From: Octopus vulgaris
Taxonomy: Eukaryota
DNA length: 64,000 nt
Assembly: GCA_951406725.2 (NCBI GenBank)
Contig: OX597828.1
Coordinates: 58,218,001-58,282,000 of the forward strand
Direction: 5' to 3'
Of the stretch, positions 54,020-64,000 are shown piece by piece; positions within the stretch are counted from its first letter, which is position 1; each line of letters begins with the position of its first letter. The notes beneath the pieces are model-generated. The model did no database searches and had not been told where the DNA came from. It saw only the letters and a list, made by a program, of their open reading frames with translations. The position numbers and the translations under genes are program-made.

Positions 54020-54362
54020 CTTGCATGCTAAGAGTGGCTTTCATTGTCACTTGCAGAGATCCTCTGACCAATGAGTAAGTGTATGGGAACCTTTGTCCAG
54101 TATCAAACTTCTTCAAAGACCATAGAGCCAGATTTGCAAAGCATTGCTGGAAAGCAAAAGATGAAAGTGTTAGTGAAGTCCTTACATGGAAGCCTACACA
54201 AGGAAGACCTAACAGAGGACAACAAACCAACACCTACATGAAGCAGATTTGTGATGACCGAAACGGCAATGTTTCTAACTTGCCGAATATGATGGACAAT
54301 AGAATTGGATGGCGACAGAACGCTACGGGAATCTACACAGGCAGTGCAACCAGGTCATGATG
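54020..54362 (+). mobile_element. RTE-clade LINE 3' fragment
   Basis: YGNLCPVSNFFKDHRARFAKHCWKAKDESVSEVLTWKPTQGRPNRGQ, the RTE ORF2 C-terminal pattern RLRFAGHC..W.P..GR..RGR. Confidence 0.8.
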
Positions 54363-54791
54363 ATCAGGCAGGGTTAACTAAACTCTATGTATGGGTTTTG
54401 TGTTTGTACAAATACATACACACACACACACACGCTCATGTGCACATACACATAAAAAGAAAAAGAAAACATCTTTTCTTTGTGGACGAATGTGGATGAA
54501 TGTGAAAATACTTTTGAAGTGTATATCAATGGCTTGAAGTCTTTCTAAACAGTAAAACATTAATCAATTTATTACTGGAAGTGAGAGCAGCCACATTAGG
54601 ATGAGAAGAAGACTATTATATTATATTGATTTTATTCAGTAGACCTTAAAACAAGTGGGTGTGCATTTGTGTGTGTAATATAATATCATATGTATATATG
54701 AATGAAGATATATATATAAATAATAAACACACACACACACATGTGTACTATGTTTATATATACATATATATATCTTAATGTATATATGTAC

Positions 54792-54845
<54 letters not shown>

Positions 54846-55221
54846 CATAGATTATGTAATCATTAATTGGAATATTTTATTATTGCTTTGGGGGTTATTT
54901 TTCTTTTGTTTATCTAGAGATTCCACTACTAAATGGTTATAATACTAAATCATTAGTACATTAATCTCCTACTGCAGACATTTCACTGCTTGTTTCGGCT
55001 ATCATTTAGATTATACCACTCTATAGCTAGTAATTGAGGCTAAAAATTACTTTTAAAAATTCATGAAATTCTCTAAATTTATATAAGCATCAGAAGATAG
55101 TTCAGATTGGCATAAAGCCACCTCCCTTTCTCAAATTGTGTATGTATATACATACATGCATACCTACGTACCTGCCTGCCCGCATGCAGGCAGTATGTAT
55201 GTATGTATGCATGCATACATT

Positions 55222-55670
55222 GCTAGATTTCAAGAAAGCCTTTGAATCTGTTCCCTATTCATGGATGCTAGAAGCCCTCAACTTGTTAAAGTTCCTGTCA
55301 GAATAGTCAAAGCTGACCTGACTTCATCATGGGCCACCATCTTGAAATTAAACACAAAGAGTGACTGTATTATCGCTGATAGAATACAATATCACAAAGG
55401 CATATTCCAAGGGGGCAGCCTCTCTGTGATGTTGTTTATACTTTCCGTAAACCCCTTGTCATTCATGTTAAGGAAGTCTAAAGGATATCTCACTGATTTA
55501 CTAGGAAACAGAAATACCAAAATTACACATTGTTTCTTTGTGGATGACTTGAAACTTTATGCAAAGAATATGCATGAGATGGAAAAAGAGCCTTGGCCTA
55601 GTCACAACATTCTCGAAGGATGTAGGGTTGGAGTTTGGTCAGGATAAATGTTGTTATATGGTTGTGATGT
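55222..55670 (+). mobile_element. R4/Dong-like LINE reverse transcriptase core fragment
   Basis: DFKKAFESVPYSW, GIFQGGSLS and HCFFVDDLKLYA motifs with frameshifts. Confidence 0.9.
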
Positions 55671-55731
55671 AGACTCACAACATAACTAGACCCTCTAAAT
55701 ATTTACTACTTTCTGACCCGTATTATTGCTA

Positions 55732-55773
<42 letters not shown>

Positions 55774-56724
55774 TGGGGAGTGTGTGTGTGTGTGGTATGA
55801 AGTTTGCTCTCCAGCCACATGGTTCCAGGTTCAATCCCATACATGGGACTTTAGACAAGTATCTTCTACTATAACTCCATGCCAAACAAAGCCTTGGGGA
55901 TATGTAGCAGGAATTCAGACTCTAACCACTAAGTACTTGGTTTGGCACCATGACTGAGCCACCACTGTTTCACATGATTGATCTATAAACCAAATCATCA
56001 TCATGAAGCTGTAGTGTTATATGGCTTGCTCAGATGTTCTAGAATTTACCTTTTTGTCACCTTATATAAACCCATTGGTGCCTAATTCACCAGGCAGAAT
56101 GTTGAGAGTGGCCGACTGATTCACATGCCTCACTTCTTGCTAGGCAGATGACCTCTGGCACTCGAGCAGACAGCTTTGGACTTTTGCACAGACAGACCGA
56201 TTCTGAACATTGTAAGTAGCTTCTATGGATGTGGTGCAGTTCTTCTCTCTTCCCAGTCAACAATTATTAGTATTTTTCATTATAAATAGCCAACACCAAC
56301 TATATTTTGTTTGGCAATAAATATTAGTGCTATGAATTTTTATTATTATACCATGAATTTGTTTCGGTTATTCTACATGCAGAAAGAAAATGTGAAGCCT
56401 GGTACTTATTTATTGGTGTCTTTTGCTGAACCACTAAGTTACGGGGACATAAATACACCAAAACAAACACAGACACATATGTCTGATAGGCTTCTTTCAG
56501 TTTCTGTCTATTTAGTTGACCCAAGGCTAGAAGACACTTACCCAAGTGCCATACAGTGGGACTGAACCCAGAACTGTGTGACTGGAAAGCAAACTTCTTA
56601 CTTCACAGCCATGTCTGTACCTGGTTTCCTTGTTTACTTATTTATTTTCTTTTTGTCCTTTTTGATACAAATTTAAGAAATTGACTCTTAAATGACAATT
56701 GTCACTGCTCTTACATAAAATATT

Positions 56725-56761
<37 letters not shown>

Positions 56762-56765
56762 CAAG

Positions 56766-56937
56766 GAGATCCCAAAGATGGAATCAGATGGTCAGGTGAC
56801 CACCTCTGAAGAGATAGAAGACATAAGCCCTCAAGCAAACAACAACTGCGGCGCCACAGCCAGCAGTCAGGTGAAATGGAAGAAAGACATGCTCACAGAT
56901 ATGGAACCAATTGAAGGGAAACGACAAACAACAAAAG
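56766..56937 (+). CDS. CCDC28: CCDC28 coding exon (EIPK-MESDGQ...KRQTTK); in-frame ATG at 56778
   Basis: Long poly-T tract followed by TTCAAG acceptor. Donor AAG|GTATGG is phase 1 and compatible with the next exon (G|CC = Ala). Confidence 0.8.
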
Positions 56938-58327
56938 GTATGGAGCATTTATGCCATCTGGTTTTTCTCTTTGATTGTTCTTCTGAATTTAGAAACCAAA
57001 TAAAGTTAACAGAAGATATAGGTGAGAGAATGGCAGATCTCGTGGCTTTCATAGGGGCTCTTAGACTTGTAGCTTCAGTGTGTGTGTGTGTATGTGTGTA
57101 CATGAGTTTTTGTGCATGTGTATATCATCATCATCATCATCATCATTTAACGTCCGCTTTCCATGCTAGCATGGGTTGGACGATTTTGACTGAGGGCTGG
57201 CGAACCGGATGGCTGCACCAGGCTCCAATCTTGATTTGGCAGAGTTTCTACAGCTGGGTGCCCTTCCTAATGCCAACCATGTAGTGGTTGAGCGTGATCG
57301 TTACCAACGTCGCCTTACCGGCACCTGTGCTGGTGGCATGTGTAAAAAGATTCGAGCGAGGTTGTTGCCAGTACCGCCTGACTGGCCCCCGTGTCGGTAG
57401 CACATAAAAACCACCAACCGATCGTGGCCATTGCCAGCCTCCCCTGGCACCTATGCCAGTGGCACATAAAAAGCACCAACTGGCACCTGTGCCTCGCGGA
57501 ATGTAGTGGGTGCTTTTTACGTGCCACTGGCACGGGAGCCAGTCGGGCGGTACTGGCAACAACCTCGCTCAAATCTTTTTACACATGCCACCAGCACAAG
57601 TGCTGGTAAGGCGACGTTGGTAACAATCACACTCGAATGGTGCCCTTTTATGTGCCACTTGCATGGAAGCCAGTTGGCTGCTCTGGCAACGATCACTCTC
57701 GGATGGTGCTCTTGGCACCCTACTATCACATGTGTATGTGTAAATAGTTATTACCATATGTCTTTGCATGACACTTGTTTGGGATGTCATGCTTACATCT
57801 CGTGTAAGCAAATGTCTTGTAATCCAAATGTGTTAAGGTATGAAATCCTGTGAGATGAAACATATTCGTGTGTTGCTGTCTTAAGAAGCATCATCATCAT
57901 CATCATCATTTAACGTCCGCTTTCCATGCTGGAATGGGTTGGACAGTTTGACTGAAGACTAGTAAACCTGGGACCAACACCAGGTTCCAATCTAATGCAG
58001 CTCTGGAGCTGAGAAGCAACAAGATATTGAATCACTCCCAGAGCAAAGACATGATTCCAAAACTTGCAACAGAGTATGTTTTGCTAAGACACTCGAGACC
58101 TGGATAGGAGTGTTAGATTTGGTGACAGAGGAAAAGAATAAATACAACTCTTTTTATCCAACCCAATTTCAGCTTCCAAGATACATTTTAGCCTTTCAAA
58201 AATGCAAGAAGACTGTTAACTTCACTTAAACACTTATTATTTGGTGGGCAAGTGTCTTCTTCTATAGACCCAGGTCAACCAAAGACTTGTGGGTGGATTT
58301 AGTACATGAAATCTGAAAGAAGCATAT

Positions 58328-58412
<85 letters not shown>

Positions 58413-59238
58413 ATATGTGTATGTATGTACATGTGTATCTGTGTGTAAATATTTATTTCTATGTCTTTGCACGACCCTTGTTTTTGGTGACAAGGATGTC
58501 ATGTAAACCTATAACCCGAATGTTTTAATGTGTGAAAACCAGTGAAATGAAATATACCATATTTGAAAGATAGATTAGAGCTGCCGACAAGTAGGGCATC
58601 TTCATCATCATCATCATCATCGTTTAATGTCTGTTTTCCATGCTAGCATGGGTTGGACGGTTCGACTGGGGTCTGGGAAGCCAGGAGGCTGCACCAGGCT
58701 CCAGTCTGATCTGGCAGTGTTTCTACAGCTGGATGCCTTTCCTAACACCAACCACTCCGTGAGTGTAGTGGGTGCTTTTTATGTGCCACTGGCACAGGTG
58801 CCAGGGGAGGCTGGCAATGGCCACGATCGGTTGGTGGTTTTTATGTGTCACCAACATGGAAGCCAGTCAAGGTGGTGCTGGCATCGGCCACGTACGGATG
58901 GTGCTTTTTATGTGCCACCGGCACAGGTGCCAGGGTAGGCTGGCAATAGCCATGAGCAGTTGGTGCTTTTTACGTTCCACCGGCACAGGTGCCAGGGTAA
59001 GCTGGCAACGGCCACGATCGGTTGGTGGTTTTTATGTTCCACCGGCACGTAGCCATCGAAAACTACTTCAGTACGTTTCCTCTATCCTATGCCAGCATGG
59101 GCATAGAAATAATGATGGCACAAGCCCATTAAATGCATAATGTGGATCAAGCAAGTTGCTACAGCAGTAGACAATATACCAAGAAGTTAACTGTTTGTAT
59201 AATGGTGCCAACACTTGTGTTTAAGGCCAATGCATTAA

Positions 59239-59780
59239 CCCTTTCATTTACTGTATTTACTTTGAGATGCTCTGTGTTTCTTTCAATTTTTTCTAAATAT
59301 AACAATGATCGTTGCCAGAGCAGCCAACTGGCTTCCATACCCGTGGCACGTAAAAGGGCACCATTCGAGTGTGATTGTTATCAACATCGCTTCACTGGCA
59401 CATGTAAAAAGATTCGAGTGAGGTCGTTGCCAGTACCGCCTGTGCTGGTGGCACGTAAAAAGCACCCACTACACTCTCGGAGTGGTTGGCATTAGGAAGG
59501 GCATCCAGCTGTAGAAACTGTGCCAGATCAAGACTGGAGCCTGGTGCAGCCATCTGGTTCGCCAGCCCTCAGTCAAAATCGTCCAACCCATGCTTGCATG
59601 GAAAGCAGACATTAAACGATGATGATGAATTTAGTAAAATAACTTAGTTATCATTAAGCTAGTGTTAGGAACATAAATTGTGACTAATGTTTGGTGGAAG
59701 ATTTTAATTCAAAACTTTTGAAAACAAGACATTTGTACTCAGAGCCAGAGCCAGTTTCAGCCGGGTTGGTAACAAAAGGG
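59239..59780. mobile_element. piggyBac-like MITE interrupted by a family C retroposon (59306-59627)
   Basis: TTAA|CCC...GGG|TTAA. The two halves join to match 25388-25609 in reverse. Confidence 0.88.
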
Positions 59781-60222
59781 TTAAACTCCCAAATGGCCTA
59801 GACCTCCTTTTTCTAAATAGGTACTGAGAACAGACACAACTTATATAATTGTAAAAACTACCATTACCTCGCTAAGACTGGTCTGTATTTTGTTAGTTTA
59901 CAGCTCAACTCCTCCTGTGAGTAGAGTGTTTATCTATGTTGAACGTATTACCTCCCTTAGAGTGGATTATGTGTTGCATATGAAAAGCAGGCTTTCATGG
60001 CTTGTCAAAAGACTAGATTTGAAGCAGAGGGGATACAATTATGACAGATGAATTTAGACTACATAGGTAACAGAATTTAGTTTCTTTTTCGTTTCCATAC
60101 TGAAATCTTGCCAGAGTGAACTTCATCTTTCATCTGTCTAGATCAGTCAAGGGCATGCTACAGCTGTCAGGATTTTTTGAATAGAATGCCTCATGAAAAA
60201 TTACTTTTGGTTTCTTTTTCCA

Positions 60223-60480
60223 GTCATCATTGTTCGACCGTGGTCGAGACAATGGAATTTACCATTCTACGCCAGACTTCATAGCATTACGGAGGTCCTG
60301 TTGCTGGATGCCTGTATCCCTGGAGATTACATCAGGGTAGGAGAGTGTGCGCCCTCTGATATTGCGAGCAGATGGCTTCCAGAGGAGAAGAGTAGAAATT
60401 ACCTCTTTTTCATCTCTACAACAATGTCCAGCAAACTGGACTCTCCTACCTTTCACAAGAGATGATACAGGTGGTAGATT
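60223..60480 (-). mobile_element. RTE-clade LINE 3' fragment
   Basis: GNLPPVSSLVKGRRVQFAGHCCRDEKEVISTLLLWKP in ORF 60259-60513. Confidence 0.8.
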
Positions 60481-60728
60481 TCCCTGCTCACCTGATGGTG
60501 GGTCATGTCTCATGTGGCCTGCTTCTCAAAAAAGGTGGTCCATGCCTGGTCTAGATCAGTAATTACAATAGGGAAACAATTCATTCAACTACATTCCTCA
60601 TTTACTTTGTGTTATTATAAGAAATGATTATGTTGTTGATAAACAAGTCGGTAGAGTAATATATTTCTCAGCGGTTAATTTCTCTTCTCTTCAAAGTTCA
60701 GCTCCTGCTGCTGAGATCAATAAAATAA

Positions 60729-61190
<462 letters not shown>

Positions 61191-61581
61191 TGAAAGGTAG
61201 ATGTATGGTGTTTACATTTCACAGCAAAAATGAATTTGTGATGTCCAGGTGCTGTAGGAAAGATAAATCTTGGCAGAGTCATCTTTTGTGACTCACAGCA
61301 AAATTCAGTACTGGGGTTGATATGTTTGACTAAACCCTTTCAGGCATTGCCCCAGCATGGCTACATTCCAATGACTGAAACAAGTAAAGGATAAATCAGT
61401 TAATAAATAATATCAACAATTTTCAATTCATTACTTGAAGTATTAACTATCAATGTACTAGAAACACTGAAGGAAGAAATAATCCAAAGAAATCCATTCA
61501 ATGAAACACAAAAAATAGATTTCGTTTTTGGATTTGGTTTGCAAGATTCTTTATATGAGTTCGTGTGTTAAAGCATATTCT

Positions 61582-61888
61582 ATTGTGTCTGGGGAAAGTC
61601 ATTTTCTTTTTGTGCCTTATTATGTAACACACTCACCGGTAAAATTTCCATGTTTTTCTTATTTTTATTGTCCTAAAATTTTCGTTGTGTCTTGCAACCT
61701 TTTCAATAGTTTTGACTCTCAAAACTATTGAAAGAGTCAAAACTATTGAAGAGTCAAAACTATTGAAAAGGTTGCAAGACGCAATGAAAATTTTAGGACA
61801 ATAAAGATAAGAAAAACATGGAAATTTTACCGGTGAGTGTTTTACATAATACGGCACAAAAAGGAAATGACTTTCTCCAGACACAATA
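61582..61888. mobile_element. Inverted pair of about 138-bp pLTR-like arms with U3-A8 hammerhead-like motifs (61760-61796 on +, 61673-61709 on -)
   Basis: The arms are imperfect reverse complements. Motif CUA-UUGAAAA-g-GUUGC aagac GCAAU-GAAA-AUUU-UAG. Three reiterations of GAGTCAAAACTATTGAA at the junction. Confidence 0.65.
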
Positions 61889-62759
61889 CAAAAAATAGAC
61901 CTACATGTACAAACAGGAAGGCTTTTAACATTCTAAAAATGAGATTAAACTTTAATTGCAGTATAGGACTTGAAGAGTTAATATTTTGGGATCAATTACT
62001 GTCAAGCCAGACTTTGCTTATCAGTCTTTTGTGGTTGGTAAAATAAATACCTGTTATGTGTTTTATTGATTTAATTAACCACTACCTCTCCTTACGTAGT
62101 GTGTAGTCTTGTAGCAATGACAAAAGTCCTTATTGTCATCTTACATGTACTAAATATATTTTCCCTACCAAAAGTTTTCTCAGAATAGTAGAAATAAATA
62201 ACACTGCTTGTATGACAGGGATGCTCATTTACAATTATCATATGATGTCAAGGCATGGGAGGCATAAACACACACATGCAACTGGCTTCTTTCGGTTTTT
62301 GTGTACCAGGTTCACTGACAAGGCTTTGGTCGACCCAGTGATATTGGGTAGCAGCCTTCTTACCCACACAGCTACTCCTGCACCTAACTCCAGTGCTTAT
62401 ACCAAATCTCTCAGCCCTGAAGTATAGAGCCCTAAAACCAACCTTTTCCTGAAGTCAATAGGTGTGAGTTAGTAATATACTTAAAGCCTACTTAGATTTA
62501 GGTAAACTTGGTTGTTTGGTTCTACATGCCATGAACATAGACACAGATTGATGCTGTAAACAGGATAGGAACAATGGATCCTTGGCTGGTTCTCCTTATT
62601 AATCCAATCCTCTGTCGACCTTCACTTTTGATAAACAGAGAAAATTTTTTAAAGATTCAGGCACAAATTCTTGTATTTTTACTTTCACTTTTATAATGAT
62701 ATTTTTTTTGGTTCTTTTTTGACAAGCTTTATCTATAAGGTAGTGTTTCTGTTTCCTAG

Positions 62760-62859
62760 GTGTTGATTCCTCCTGTGAGAAAATGGATCAAATTCGAGAG
62801 CAACAAGAAAGACTAGCTCGCCTTCATTTTGACCTTGATCTTCAGCAAGATTTACACAG
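62760..62859 (+). CDS. CCDC28: CCDC28 coding exon (GVDSSCEKMDQIREQQERLARLHFDLDLQQDLH); gene continues beyond the window
   Basis: TTCCTAG acceptor, AG|GTAATT donor, phase 1-2. Matches the CCDC28 coiled-coil pattern MExxRExQEKLARLHFxL. Confidence 0.93.
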
Positions 62860-63122
62860 GTAATTCAAAACAGTTTGTTATAACTCTGTTTACACAAACT
62901 TTCTTTGTAGTTAATATTCCCCTCCTTGTTATTAGGAAGGTGGGCTGGCTGAATTGTTGCTTTGTAGTGTTCGGCCTATTTTTGTAGTCTGAGTTCAAAA
63001 TCTGCCAAAGTCAACTTTGCCTTTCATCCTTTCAGCTAAGTACAAGTTGAGCACTGTGACTGATGCATTCAACGTGCCTACCCTAAACTTGTGCCAAAAT
63101 TAGAAAGAATATTATTCTTATA

Positions 63123-63505
63123 CAAGGGTGAGCCAAAAAGTAATGCCATTTTGTTTAGGACAGGTATAATTACCAACACAGGAACATGTATCATAGTCAC
63201 TGGACTATCATCTCTTCAGCCCAATGAAAGAGGGTTTGAGAGGCAAACATTATTCCAGTGATGAGGAAGTGAAAACTGTAGTGAAGAAGTGGCTCTCAAA
63301 AAACAGTCAACAGAATTTTACAGGGCAGGGATACAAGCTCTCATTTGAAGATGGAACATTGCTATTGAGAGAAACACTGACTATGTTGAGAAGTAAAGAT
63401 GTGATCCACAGAGGACCAGCTTCCTTTTGATGTATGATACATGTTCCTATGTTGGCAATTATACCTGTCCTAAACAAAATGGCATTGCTTTTTGACTCAC
63501 CCTCG
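63123..63505 (+). mobile_element. Internally deleted mariner element with about 70-bp TIRs
   Basis: TA|CAAGGGTGAGCCAAAAAGTAATGCCATTTTG...CAAAATGGCATTGCTTTTTGACTCACCCTCG|TA. Internal DYHLFSPMKEGLRGKHYSSDEEVKTVVKKWL is a mariner C-terminus. Confidence 0.9.
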
Positions 63506-64000
63506 TAGATAGTACAAAGAGCAGAGCAGCAGGTAAAATGCTCTGTTGTACTGGATTTTTTGCCTTTCATTCTGAATTCAAATCCAACCAGGGCTCAACA
63601 TTGCTGTACATCTAGTTCAATATAAGTACCAGTTAAATACTGAGGGTGATTTGCATTGGCTCCCTAGACTCATATGGCCCCCAGGCAACTGCCTAGTGTG
63701 CCCATGCCTTAAACCTCTTGATACCAACCTGCCTGAAACCACCTCTAGTTCCATGACACAAACTTCCTGTTTTAAAATGATCTAAAGTAAAACCTCTATC
63801 ATTCTCTATCATTGGATTATCCATTCACACAACTTCTCTAAACAGGCTTATCGATGTGGGTATTTTTATATGATGACATGGGTTCTTTTCATATGATTTT
63901 GCCCCTAACAATGGTTGAGGTAACTGTAGCATAAGAAACTACAAAGAGAGAAAAAAAAATCTACAATGGTGTTTGCAATGGTGACTGCAAAAAACCTCCT

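Noticed and set aside
55902-56376. Solo LTR (TGTAG...CTACA with TATA-like and AATAAA motifs)
   Set aside because: No matching TSD and no second copy. Not supportable from this window alone.
58770-59050. CRISPR-like repeat-spacer appearance (about 25-bp repeat with about 37-bp spacers)
   Set aside because: The spacers are homologous to each other, the array is internal to a dispersed (GAT)n-tailed retroposon, the DNA is eukaryotic, and there are no cas genes.

Overview
AT-rich, microsatellite- and SINE-dense animal genomic DNA. The repeat families and (TA)n/(CA)n load are typical of an octopus or other coleoid cephalopod; this is an inference, not a database result. Almost all ORFs in the supplied track are microsatellite or repeat artefacts. 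The only recognisable host gene is a CCDC28 (CCDC28A/B-like) gene on the + strand, with coding exons at 56766-56937, 60859-60987 and 62760-62859. It probably has a 6-codon first coding exon ending at 21389 (about 35 kb first intron) and continues past the window end. A YY1/CRE/CRE promoter at about 2250-2330 probably drives an unidentified minus-strand gene off the left edge. The rest is transposon debris: tRNA-derived SINEs, R4/Dong and RTE LINE fragments, mariner and maT remnants, and piggyBac, hAT, Tc1 and Merlin-like MITEs. The most interesting signal is a set of short elements, mostly embedded in (TA)n and often inverted-duplicated, from at least six families. Each carries a minimal type I hammerhead ribozyme fold, as in Penelope-like pLTRs and retrozymes. 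They show stem covariation and three different Watson-Crick versions of the core 3-8 pair (C-G, G-C, U-A), and include a perfect 351-bp palindrome and a 341-bp tandem ribozyme array. Repeat boundaries are approximate unless TIRs or TSDs are quoted.
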